DNA from: Amoebidium appalachense
Lineage: Eukaryota; Protista; Ichthyosporea
Reading direction: 5' to 3'
Assembly (NCBI GenBank): GCA_963693365.1
Contig: CAVNZM010000002.1
Coordinates: 1,924,149 to 1,988,148 of the forward strand
DNA: 64,000 nucleotides
This document shows positions 13,664-26,545 of this stretch, piece after piece. The notes beneath the pieces were generated by a model, which made no database searches, had not been told where the DNA came from, and saw only the letters and a program-made list of their open reading frames with translations. Within the stretch, counting starts at the first letter, position 1. Each line of letters begins with the position of its first letter. A program made the translations under genes and the position numbers.

Positions 13664-13690
13664 GGTTAAAGGCCCATTTTCGCACGCTCT
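13664..13690 (+). promoter_or_regulatory. Copia A primer-binding site (half-tRNAiMet type, degenerate)
   Basis: GGTTAAAGGCCCATTTTCGCACGCTCT directly after the 5' LTR. Confidence 0.7.
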
Positions 13691-13782
13691 CGCAAACACA
13701 TACTCTCGCTGCAATCAAAAATATTCAAATTTGAATACCGATCTGATTCCTCTCTCACGCATCATCTGACTGATTGATCACC

Positions 13783-16700
13783 ATGTCGGAGAAACCTGCG
13801 TATCTCAACCTCACCCCCTGGAAAGGGGATGACACCACGGACAAGAAGTCCGGCAAACGTCTCACCTATTATGAGTGGGAACCCGTCATCTTCCGGTACC
13901 TACGTACCACCACCGCGGCCAAGTTAGTGCCCGTCATCAAGGCCCCCGAGTGGGTCGACCCTTCCGACGAGAATGAGTGGCACGGCTACGACACTGAGGA
14001 GGCCTACACCGAGGCTTCCAACCTCCTTGAACAGATGTTTACTCAACTCGTCTCCAATGATGAGCTGTATAACTCTGGTCAAATCCACGATGATGTGTCA
14101 CCTGCCCAAGCTTTCCACAACCTCCGTATGACCTATGCGGCTGAACGTGAAGATCGTGCTCGTCAAATCCTCCTCGACTACCATGAGCTTGAACTCAAAG
14201 ACTTCAAGACCGTCACGGCCTACCTCACCATGGCACGCCGTCTGTGCACTACCCTGCACATCCTCGAAGAGCCCATTCCTCACAAGACTATGGTTGATAA
14301 CTTCTTCATCCACCTCAAGAAGAACCGTAAGTTAGTTTGTACCGACATCCAGGCCATGATTGCCGACTACTTCCGTCGTACCATTAACTACGAGACCTAC
14401 AACCGTCTAATCAGTGACATCAGAGCTGCAGAGATCCGTGAAGGTCTCATCGACTCTGGGTCCGGGTCCTCCTCCACCGTCCGAACAGCACGTGCCCTGC
14501 AAAGCCGTGTACTCACCAAGGACGACCTCAGACACCGGATCCCCCGACGTGACAGCTCCGTCTCCCGTCACCCCCGCGGTCGTCCCACCGATCGATCCCC
14601 CTCAGTTGACCGTGATTACTCACGGTCCCGTTCCCCCGGCTATCGTTCCCGGTCACCCTACCCCCCACGTAAAGGGGGTAACCGTCATTCCCAGCCACCC
14701 CGAGCCAAGACCACTGGCTCCCTCGACTGTGCCTACTGTCACGAAGACCATCATGTCACACAGTGTGACAAACCTGGCTGCTCAATTGCCCGTCGTCACC
14801 GTGCCAACACCAAGTCTGGAAAAGAGGTGCATTTTGCCCTCGTGTCCACCACGGCCTCCCTACCCATGGACCCCTGCTGGGACTCGGCTTCAAACGTCCA
14901 CGTGTGCCCAGTAAAAGAGTACTTCTCTACTCTTGAGCCATGCCCCCCGACTGACGTCCACGGCCTCGGCATCGTCACTGCACATCACCGTGGTGTCATC
15001 AACCTGGCCGTCACCTACAACGGAGTAACATCAGTACTGAGCCTCAACACCCTCTATGTACCCGACTCCCCAGCCTTCCTGATATCACCCTCAATGGCCT
15101 CCAAGTCGGGTCTCCTTGCCCACCTCGATGATGAGGATGCATTCCCATCATACCTCTACACTCGTGGTGGCAACATCGTGTGTTCCCTCACAGGCACAGA
15201 TGGACTGTACTTCATCACTGACTATGAGACACGTCCCTCCATCCCTCGGACCGTCACTGCTCTGGTAGCCAACGTCAAGGTCAACAATGATCCTCAGCTC
15301 TGGCACCACCGTCTCGGCCATCGTGCCCTGTCCACCCTCACCAAGATGGTGAGAGGTGACCTCGTGACAGGCCTCCCCTCATCCCTCTCAGTGGCTGACA
15401 CCACTGACTGCTTCGGTTGTGTCTCCGGCAAGACCACCAAGGCCCCATTCTCCGGCACCAGAACCCAGTGCCCCTTCCCCGGTGCCAAGTGGCACATGGA
15501 CTTCTTCGAGCCTCCCTGTGCCTCCTATGGTGGCTACAAGGTGGCCCTCGTGTGTACCTGTGATGCCTCCGGCTACACCATCGTGTACCTCCTCCGTGAT
15601 CGATCCGAAACTCTCGAATACGTCAAGGCCCTGGTTGAGACTACTGACAAGCAACCCGACAAGGTGGTGACCCACTTCCGTTCAGACTCTGGGTCCGAGT
15701 TCACCTCCCACGCTATGGAGCAGTACTGCCAGTCCAAGGGCATCATTCAAGAATTTGCCCCGGTTGACTGCCCCCAACTCAACGGCTTCGTTGAACGTAA
15801 GATGAGGGATCTGCAGGAGATCGTTCGGTGCTTCCTTCATCAGGACAAGGCCGACTCCCTTTCCCCCAAACTGTGGGGAGCTGCTCTCAAGCATGCTGCC
15901 TACATCATCAACGTGACCCCGGCCAGAGCTGCCAATGGCCGTACACCGTTTGAAATTTTCTACGGTGTCAAGCCTGACATCTCCCACCTGCACGTGTTCG
16001 GCTGCCCAGCCTATGTACACGTCCCTGCATCCAAACGAGACAAGTTGGCCTCTACCGTCAAACTCGGCACCTACGTGGGCTGGGATATCACCAACAAAGC
16101 CCACAAGATCATGAATCTACGTGGCAACACGGTCAACCTCTACCGCGATGTCGTCTTCGACGAATCACAATTCACCACGGCATCCAATCAGATTTCTGTG
16201 CAGGCCACCAATCAGACGACCTCAATCGATTCATCCCTGCATTCCGGAAATTCCAATTCCGATGACGATGAAATTCCGTCGGTGATTATCCGTCGTTCCC
16301 CCCGTCGTGTACCTGCCCCCGTGGCTCCGCCCACCCCCCCCCCCCACCGGTCAGCAACCCCTGCTGCCGGCCCCTGCCGTCAATGACCACGTACCTGGTC
16401 ATCTCACCCCGGTTCGTCCTGGGTCTCCGGAGTTCCACTCGGCCCCGTCCAGCCCCGTGTTATCCGACTCCCCCCTCAACACGGCACCCATCCCTGGCTT
16501 CCAGGCCCCCATCCCCGACCACCGAGTGTCTGTCACAGACAACCCCCCGGCCCCTGAGCCCCTCCGTACCGTTCCCCGTCGTTCCTCCCGTCTCTCCTCC
16601 CGGCCTGCTATGGCTATGGTGAGCATCTCCCGACCCAGCCTTGATGTGTCTCAGCTGCCCCGGTCAATTCAGAAGCTGTGCTCTGGCACCAAGGGTGATG

Positions 16701-18205
16701 AAGTGGTGACTGCCCTCACTGCCGAGTACAAGGCTTTCATCGACAAGGACATCTTCGACGTAGTTGAGCCCCCCTCCGATGCCAACATCATCCGATTCAA
16801 GTGGATTGTCACGGAGAAGGTCCTCAACTCTGCTGGTGACACCAAGATCAAGGGTCGTGGTGTGGCCAAGGGTTTTACCCAAGTCTACGGTGTTGACTAC
16901 GGTGAAAACTCTTCCCCCGTCGTCATGTCCTCCTCCGTCCGTGCCCTGCTTGCCCTCGGTGTGCAACAGGACCACGAGATCCATCAACTCGACATCAGCA
17001 CGGCCTTCCTCAACAGCCCCCTCGACGAGACTTTGTACATGGAGCAACCTCCTGGTTTTATCCTCCCTGGCAATGAACACAAAGTCTGGAAACTCAAGAA
17101 GGCCATCTACGGACTCAAGCAGGCATCCCTGGCATGGTACGAGTTCTTCAACTCCATTCTCATTGCCCACGGCCTCACCCGTCTCCGTTCCGATCCGTGT
17201 GTCTACTTCCGTCAGTTCCCCAACGGGCACATCATCCGTTCGGGCAACTACGTTGATGATGCCATCATCACCTGCACACTGAACTCCACCATCATGCAGG
17301 GGCTTGTTCGTCACATCACGAAGTCTGCCGAGTGCAAGGTCGGTCTGCCAGACATCTTCCTCGGCACCCAACTGCTGTACACCCGTGACTCCCTCAAGCT
17401 GCTGCAGTCCTCCTACATCAAGGACATCATCACCGACTTCAACCTGGTCGATGCCAAGCCTAAGGCCACCCCTATTCCCGTGGGCACCATCATCAACGAG
17501 ACCTCCCACTCATCCCTGCCCACCACCGTCCCCTACCGTGAACTCCTCGGCCGTCTGTTGTGGGTTGCTCGGTGCTCCCGGCCTGACATCTCGTATGCCA
17601 TTGGCTACCTCGGCCGATTCAGCTCCAAGCCCACCAAGACTGCCTGGGAGCTTCTCCTCCGTGTCGTTCGTTACCTGCTCGGCACCATCAACCTCGGCCT
17701 CTACTACAAGAAGAAGGCCCCCAACAGCAAGGTGCCCATCCTTGAGTGCTACTCGGATTCTGACTTTGCTGGTTGCCCCACCACCCGTCGTTCCACGTCT
17801 GGGTACGTCATCCTCCTCGAAGGCTCCCCCGTCACCTACCACTCCAAGCTGCAGACGATCACTGCAACCTCCACGTGTGAGGCCGAGCTCCTGGCCCTCA
17901 ATGCTGCCGTGCAAGATGTTGTCTGGCACCGTGATCTACTAAAGGAGCTGGGCTACCCCATGACCGAGCCCACCCCCGTGTACTGTGACAATCAGTCCAC
18001 CATTGCTCTGGTCCACTCCAACACCATCAAGCACCGGACCAAGCACATTGCCGTTCGTTACTTCAACACAAAGGACTACATCAACAGTGGGGACGTCACT
18101 GTCACCTACATCGACACCAAGAAGAACCTGGCCGACATCTTCACCAAGCCTCTGGCTGGTACGGCCCACGACACACACCGTGCCAACCTCAGTCTCCGTG
18201 ACTGA
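13783..18205 (+). CDS. Copia A Gag-PR-IN-RT-RNaseH polyprotein (one frameshift in poly-C at ~16335, probably a homopolymer error)
   Basis: CCHC knuckle CAYCHEDHHVTQC; protease WDSAS; LWHHRLGH...CFGC; IN FRSDSGSEF and QLNGFVER; RT YVDD; RNaseH YSDSDFAG and LADIFTK; the paralog at ~41520 is in frame across this run. Confidence 0.93.
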
Positions 18206-19046
18206 CCCGTGCACTGGTGTTCATCATCGAGTGGTTTCTGAGTAGGTTGGGGCCCTGGACAGCAGTTGACACACCTACGGTGATCAAGATGCCTCCCAAC
18301 GAAAGTCTACTACTCCTCATCGTTTCTCTTCATCAGTGGGGACTCAGTCTTCCATCGTCATATGTGTGCATCTTCAGTGGGGATTATTCTCCACCATCCG
18401 TCGTTTATTTATATTCATATCCCACCATATATATTGGTTTTCTTCTATATTCGACTTATATATATGTCGAACTGGGATGGCGTCCCAGTATAAATAATTA
18501 TCTATAGCCATGACGTGCTGGTTGACTGCCAGTCTAAACCTAGTCCACGGGATGCACCTTCCCCGTGTCTTAACTGGTTGACCACCAGTCTATAAATCAG
18601 TCCACAAGATGTTCATGTCTTGTGTTTACCTGGGTGGTCCCCAGTATAAACCATTAGCCACCAACACGTCACACATACACTAGTGTTTCCTATCTATATA
18701 TATATATCGCCGATAACCACCATGATTTCTTATTTCGAGTCTTCAGAGGCAACCGTCGTTGTGTGCCTCTTCAGTTTTGATTCTCTCCTTCCCACCTCAA
18801 GGATCTTCGGTTTGCATCCTCGAGTGGGGAAACTTGAGTGTGACGGCCCCTCCTGTGTTTGGACCCCATCTACCGTCACATCAACAGACACGAGAACACA
18901 AACTTCAACCCCTTGAGTGGGGATGTTGGAATACGTCACCATGTATGACAGCAAGAGCCTTGAAGTATGTATGTGTCCTAGCTTGTTTGTATTCGTGTCT
19001 GCTTTCCTCCTTTGTGCTCTCTCTCTCTCCCTCTCTCTCTCTCTCT

Positions 19047-19105
<59 letters not shown>

Positions 19106-19993
19106 CTCCCCCCCCCCCCCCCCCCCCCCCCCCCGTATCTCTCTCTCCCTTGTTTCTGTGGGCACAGATATCTGTAGATCTGTGCACACCTGGCTCTCTT
19201 GCCTGATAAGAACTTATTGTGTTTTATTTCTATTTGCTCTCCTCTGTTTATCTGAGAGGTAGCGTGATTGGCTAGCCTCACTCGTTGTCTTTCCTTTATT
19301 TCAAAATGGCCTAGTTTGTTCTCAAAAGGATGGCTCGCCAATAGTCGCGAGCGAGTACATCTGTAGATTGTGTTGTGCATTCCTGTCTGTTAATATATGT
19401 GTGTTGTGATTGGACAATAGATATATATGGAATTCGGTTTATTGCAAAGTGTCTTCACTTTGAGAGTGTCGACTGTTAGGAAATATATGTATTTAAATAA
19501 GTTTCTTTATAGAGACGAACATAAATATATATGTGAGTTAATAGTGACTAGATGTATAATTACTTAATTTATTTAAGTAAGAGTTTCTACACTTTAGTTT
19601 AATCGGAAGTTGGAATGCGTATGCTCTGTCGGAATGTGTTTTTCTATCTTCTGATAGAACCGATTGGTTCTCCCTCTTTAGTTGTGATAAGGTGATAAGT
19701 CACAAGTACAAAAGGAACCGAGAGCACAATAAAGATTCAGTTGTTGTTTGAAATCTTTCAATGTCTCGTGAACAACTCCGATTGCCCTCTCATTAATGTG
19801 TTAGTCGTGTTTTTACATGACACCTCTGTGCACTCTGCTCCCTTAGACCCGTACAAAACAACACTGACACCGTGTGTGTGTGGGTTTGTGTGTGTGTGTA
19901 TATACGGCTCATGTGCCACGTGAGTATGTGTGCGCGTCTGGGTGTGCCGTGTCACATGTGTGTACACGTGTGCGTGCGTGTTTGCGCGTGTGC

Positions 19994-20030
<37 letters not shown>

Positions 20031-20188
20031 TGTGTGTGTACGTGTTCGTGTGTGTGTGTGTGTCACGAGTGTGTGTGTGTGTATGTGTGCACGCACCGTG
20101 TGCCACGTGTGTGTGTGTGTGTGTGTGTGTGCGTGTGTGTGTGCGTGCATGCGTGCGCCTCGTGTCTGTCTGTGTTTGTGTTTGTGTG

Positions 20189-20270
<82 letters not shown>

Positions 20271-20647
20271 ATGGTTGTGCCGGTGTGTGTGTGTGTGCAT
20301 CTTTGCCTGTGTGTGTGTGTGTGGTGTCGCACACACACACACACATAATGGATTTGGGCATCCGCTTTACGACATCAATGTTTTTTTGTTTTTTTTACTT
20401 TTCTACCTTGGTGAGACACAGTCGCCCACCGGGCCATCTGTACCCTCTGCCAATTTCTCTAGTCGGCCGGGGCCGGTTGAGCTACCTATTTGAGCACTTT
20501 AGTAGCACCTAGGTGTTACGACATTAAAGTACATCATACGGTATGGTCGTTTATCATTTTTCGAATTTATCCCAGTCCCTCCCCCTGGGAATTCATTACA
20601 GCTCATTCATTACAGATTACGCAATAAGTTCGAACATCTATATATAT

Positions 20648-20735
<88 letters not shown>

Positions 20736-20933
20736 ACATTGAACGGTGTTACAACAGCGCTTACTTCTGAATTTTCAGGTATGCGGTTTGGTATGGCCTG
20801 ATTGGTTGTTTGTATTTTGCTCTTACCTCCATCAAAATTTGTTAACACACACACACACACAGGTGCCTAAGTACATGTATGCATACACATCTCCCTATCG
20901 TATCTACATGCACACATGTCCACTTCACACACC

Positions 20934-22356
20934 CTACAACCCCTTAACCCACTGAATGATCCTCTCAAGCTCCCTCACAGCAATCTCAATCTTGGCCGGT
21001 CCTTCGATCACTTGTATCATACCATGGTAGCACCCTTTCATCAACCTGTGCTCCACCTTCACCCCCTCCTCCCCCAACCTGCGACTGTACGCCTCGTCCT
21101 CGCTCCGCAACAGGTCATACTCACACACGGCCATGTACGTTTCGGGAAGGTGTGCGAGCGACTGTGCGCGAAGGGGGGTGATGTAAGGGTCAATGCCGGT
21201 GTGGTTCAGAGGGAGGTAGTGGTTCCAGAACCACCACAAGAGTTGCGGGGAAAGGAGCGTGCTTGGCCCGTATTTTCTAGCGGTTTGCGTCAGCAAGTTT
21301 ACGTCGACCGCCGGATAAATGAGCACTTGCGCGCGCAGTTTAACGTCGTTGGTTAAAGGCGTGTCGCGAAGTTTAAGCGCCATCACCGCGGCCAAATTTC
21401 CGCCCGCGCTATCTCCACCCACGACTATCCTGTTCTTGTCAATGTTCAATTTTTCATGATTTTCCATGACATATCTCACCACGCTCTCGCACGCGTTGGG
21501 CGCCGCCGGATACCGGTGTTCGGGTGCCAGGGGATATTCGATTGAAATTACAGTGTATCCGGATTTTGCAGCTATATGGACGGTAATGGCTTCATGTGAG
21601 TCTATGTTATATATGGCCCACCCACCACCGTGGATAAATATGAAAACGCCTGGCTTTTCCTTGTTTTCCCCGAAATTTGGGGTTTTGGGGGTGTAGATGC
21701 GCACTGGCACGTTGTCCGACCCCATGGTTGTATCTTGTATCTGCAGAGGGAGGGGGGAGGAAGAGGGGAGGAGGGGGGAGAGGGGGAGGGGGCAGGGGGC
21801 GGGGGGAGGAGGGGGGGGGGGGGGGGGGTAATGTGAAAGGTAAGAGAACCAAAGAGATGGGGAAAGGGAGGGGGGGGGAGGGGGGGGGGGGGGGGGTTAG
21901 TTTAATGTGAAAGGTAAGGGAACCAAAGAGATGGGGAAAGGGAGGGGGGGGGGGGGGGGGGGGGGGTTGGTTTTATGTGAAAAGGAAGGAAACCAAAGAG
22001 ATTAGGAAAGGGGAGAGGGGGGGGGGGGGGGGGTTGGTTTTAATGTGAAACGGAAGGGAACCAAAGAAATGGGGAGAGGGAGGGGGGAGGGAGGGGTGGT
22101 TTAATGTGAAAGGGAAGGAAACCAAAGAGATGGGGAGAGGGGGGGGGGGGGGGAGAGTGCAGAAATACAATCAGAAGGCTGGGGGATGGATAAAACAGCA
22201 GGAACGAGGGAAGGAAGGGGGGGGGGGGGAAGGGAAGGAAAGATGGATGAAGAGAGGAAGACGGGGGATAGGGAGGGGGCGGGTGGAGGAGGCGGAGGAA
22301 GGGAATGGGGAAAAGAGAGAAGGGAAGAGGGGCTCGGGAAGGGGGTGGGGAGAGAG

Positions 22357-22400
<44 letters not shown>

Positions 22401-23286
22401 GAGAGAGCGAGAGAGAAAAGGCAGAGAATTGAGCAACAGAGCGAGAGAAAATGTAGATGGAAAACGTGGAATATGGTGGGAAGGGTTGCGGGAGCAAGAG
22501 GGAATGTGCAAGACAAGCACACCGCAAACCCCAAATGCGGGAAATGCAAAAGAATGCATACCACCCTTCAGCCACAAGAAGGCCACAACAAAAGTCACCC
22601 AGGTCCCTCCCCCCCACCCCCCCCCCTCTCCCTCCCCTCCCGGCGGCGGCCCCCAGCCCCCCTCCCATTCCCCTGGCCCCCCCTCCAACCCCCTACTGCC
22701 TCTTTCCTACCCCCCGTACCCCCCCCCCCCCCCCCACCCCACCCCCTCCCCCCACCCCCTTCAACCCTTTAACCCCACCTCTCTCTCGTTCTTACTCCCT
22801 CTCTCAGACAGATAGAAGATGGGGAGTTTGGGGGGGGGGGGGTTTTGAATGCGTCAAAAAATACGAAGTACACAAGAACAAACGGATAACACGATGCAGA
22901 ATGCAAGCCATACATAAAGAGTATGCATAATAAGCAGAGCCCATCCTCAGGGGGGGCCCACGTCATCCACAGTACCCGAGTTTCGACCTATTCCCCTCGT
23001 TAACGAAACCCAACTCAGATACTGTTTCACTTGAACATGAGTAGGTCACCCGTCTTGATCAGAGACGAGCAGGGTTGCTTATGCAGGCAAGGGCAGTGGG
23101 AAAGGCCGGGGGTTAAAGTTGCAGCAGTAAGCAGAAGCAAGAAAAATATAGATAGGAACTCAGGAGACGGGGCTTCTAGGAGGGGGGGGGGGGGGGGGGG
23201 GTGTAGTGCATTTGTGTGCGTGTGCGTGCGTGCACGCCCGTGTGCGCGCACGTGTTTGTGTGTGTGTGTGTTTGTGTGTGGGTGGG

Positions 23287-23324
<38 letters not shown>

Positions 23325-23441
23325 TGGGTGTGGGTGTGTGGGTGTGGGTGTACGTGTGTGTGTGCATGTGTGCGCCTTGAAGAGGGGTGGAGGGAGGGGG
23401 GGTTGGGGAAAGGAACAGTTGTGGAGGAGGGTGTATGTGTA

Positions 23442-23515
<74 letters not shown>

Positions 23516-23616
23516 GGAAGAGGGGTGGAGGAAGGAGGGTAGGGGGAAGTGAATGGTGACATGTGTATTTCTGTGTGTGTGTGTGTGTGTGTGCTTGTGA
23601 ACACTTGTGTAAGTGT

Positions 23617-23656
<40 letters not shown>

Positions 23657-24459
23657 CACTTGTGCAAGTGTTAGTGTGTGTGTGTGTGTGTGTGCCACGG
23701 TCTGAGCGTGTGTGTTTGTGCCACGGTGTGTGTGTGTGTGTGTGGGGCGAGAGGGGGAGGGTGGGTTTTGGGGGGGGGGGGGGGGGGGAGGGGAGTCTGA
23801 GAGTATGGGAACATGGAAAGCCAGAACATGCTACCCATCCTCTTCCCCGTTTTCCCAACCATCCTCCATTCTTTCCCAATCAAACTGTGGCTCCTTTCAT
23901 ATTTCTCCCCCACTCTCCATTATTCCCCCTTCCCCTTTCTAATCTCGTCTCTGTTTTTCATTCTTTGACTTCTCTCTTTACGAACACCCTTCAGTCCGCC
24001 CATTAAAAAAATCAACATCCCCCCTCATCTTCACTAGATCTCCCTGCCTTGCCTCCTCAGTTCCCAGCTTCTTCCATTCTCACCCTCCCCCTCTTTCTCT
24101 CTCTCTGTTGACCTCGACTTATTCTTTCCCTTTCTTTGCTCCTCTCCTCCCAAGCACCTTCTCTAGAAAGCCAAAATCCCAACGTGAAGGTGGGCGCCTT
24201 TAGGGAACCTACCAAGAGCTCTTGGGCCAGCGGAGAAAATATCCTTTGGCGTTAATGCAATACCCGCTCGAAAGAAACTCGCCCCGTTGTCGTTGGTAAA
24301 TGGTTTTACAAGCCTGGTTAGGAAAAACAAACCCGTCGTCACCCTTTCAAAAACAACCCCTTGCCACGGCATGCCCTCGTGGAATTGGGGGGGAGACAAA
24401 ACCCATGCCAGAAAAACCAAAAAGAATACTTGTTTGACCGGTAGGGACGACATATTCAT
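20934..24459 (-). CDS. AADAC/NCEH1-like (HSL/GDXG family) carboxylesterase; exons 24213-24459 and 20934-21740; +1 T frameshift at ~24237
   Basis: HGGGW oxyanion motif, GDSAGG nucleophile, YDLLR Asp, HG His; hydrophobic N-terminal anchor in exon 1; GTAGGT...CTGCAG intron. Confidence 0.85.
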
Positions 24460-24806
24460 TTTCTCTACCTCGGCATGCGCAAGCCAGCGGGTAAATTCGG
24501 AAAAGGTTAGTTGTGAAACACTTCTTTTCTTTTTTTCTGTTGTTTTTCCTTTCTGTCGTTTTTTTTTGTATTTATATTCGTCTGCAAAAACTTCGGCCGA
24601 GCTGCCGGAAACGTGATTGGCTCTGAGGCACATGGGTTCGGGGTGCTTTGATTGGCCAGCCGAGACAAATAAAATTTTATTTGCTCTCGCAGTCGTCAAA
24701 ATTCGCCAACTGGCACATGTACAGGCCTAGGCACCGCCACGACTCACGGAGAGGCTGTCGGAGCCTGACTCGGAGAGAGACAGAGAGAGGGAGAGATAGG
24801 GGGAGA

Positions 24807-24847
<41 letters not shown>

Positions 24848-24899
24848 GGGGGGGGGGGGGAGAGAAGGGGAGAGAGAGAGAGAGAGAGAGCTCTCGAGG

Positions 24900-24932
<33 letters not shown>

Positions 24933-24992
24933 CGAGAGAGAGAGAGAGAGAGAGATCTAGAGAGATCCAGAGAGAGAGATCTAGATAGTCTC

Positions 24993-25082
<90 letters not shown>

Positions 25083-25095
25083 ATAGAGAGAGAGC

Positions 25096-25174
<79 letters not shown>

Positions 25175-25904
25175 TCGACATTGTTTGCCGCTGAAAGACT
25201 TTGGCAGATCGATCGATCCTCAATTCTAACGCGGTTAGCTATAGCTATAGCAAGACAGGCTATAACACTGAATAGAATGCTGCCGATTTTTTCCTCTTAA
25301 CTGAACAAAAGCTAACCAAATATATCTAAACTTTCTGTTTTTTGGTTAGGATTCTGGAGATACAGTAGGGCAAAGATTTCTAACACAACAGTCTGCATAT
25401 AGCGGCAGGCCTACTTACAGTGCTAATACTCTATCATAACCGAACATTTCTGCAACGCAAAATCACTGTCAAATGCTTAATATTATCATTGAATACTTGT
25501 AAAAATATATAATCTAGCACAAATGTAAATATTAGGCTGTTCTAGCGTTTATAGTACTTGAGTTATTGCGAATTGGAAAGTGTCGGTGCTACAGAATGGT
25601 GCGCCGCGCTGAATCGGATCTAATTTACCCTACTCGATCTTTTCATGTTTTTCGCGCGTGTAGGACAAATTGTTTTGCATCACGGATGAGTAGGGTAAAT
25701 TGTTTTCGATTGCGCCGATATTGCGATTGGATGGCGGCGCACCGTCTAATGCGGCGATGAGTAATTATTTTCCCTATCGGGTCGTTGTCGGGCCAATTCC
25801 GGGCGGCCCGGCCCCGTATTGGCCCGGCCTGACCCCGCCGTTCGACTCGTCTCGGTCGCCGCCGTCGTTCGCACCCATCCCCAGCCCCGTATCTCCCCTA
25901 CAAC

Positions 25905-26289
25905 CCATAAGGCTGATATGCCTATATGCCTGATATGACTGATATGCCATATATGGCTATATGGCTGTTTCGGCTGTATGCCTGATATGCTATATAAGGC
26001 TGATATTCTATAAGGCTGATATGCTATATAAGGCTGATATGCTATATATGGCTATTTGGCTGATATGCTATATAAGGCTGATATGACTGATATGACTGAT
26101 ATGCTATATAAGGCTGATATGCTATATATGGCTATATGACTTATACCCTATATAAGGCTGATATGCCTATATGCCTGATATGGCCATATGCCTGATACGG
26201 TCTGATACGGTCTGATACATTGGATATGCCTATAACGCTGCCCCATCCTGCCCCCATCCCGGCCTGTCCCCCATCACCATGGCCCGTCC
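25905..26289. repeat. (AGG)CTGATATGCTATAT-type minisatellite (mirror copy ~27502-27890)
   Basis: Visible short degenerate tandem units. Confidence 0.85.
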
Positions 26290-26545
26290 TGTTGTTTTGT
26301 GTGGGTATACGGGGAAGCAGAGTGCACAGATGGGTGTTATGTTATACACAACACAGAGACACACGGGAGAAACACAACCGGAGAGGTGGAACGATTTCTG
26401 GAACCATAGGAAATGAATTCGACTGCTTGATATTTATTTCAAGATGAAGTTCCTTTTATACTCAGGAATGTGAAATCGATAAACCAATCAAAAGAACGAA
26501 CACTCTATTTTCCAATCAGAAAGACGAAAACTATGAGGGTAAAAT
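26290..26545 (-). mobile_element. U5 end of LTR family C (truncated)
   Basis: TGTTGTTTTGTGTGGGT...AGCAGAGTGCACAGA resembles the LTR A terminus; overlaps 8088-8140. Confidence 0.55.

Larger units (their letters stand above)
12733..19863 (+). mobile_element. Full-length Ty1/Copia retrotransposon, family A
   Basis: LTRs 12733-13663 and 18924-19863 (TG...CA, nearly identical); TSD CTGAC on both sides; PBS at 13664; PPT GAGTGGGGA at 18915-18923; empty site at ~33483. Confidence 0.97.
11625..26330. repeat. Left arm of large inverted duplication
   Basis: Reverse-complement match to 27461-40019 once Copia A (left arm) and Ngaro (right arm) are removed. Confidence 0.9.

Noticed and set aside
16325-16350. 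Programmed frameshift between IN and RT
   Set aside because: It lies in a long poly-C and the paralog at ~41520 is in frame, so a homopolymer indel is more likely
14098-18214. Antisense and alternate-frame ORFs over Copia pol (likewise over Ngaro)
   Set aside because: Shadow frames expected from strong third-position C bias; no recognisable motifs
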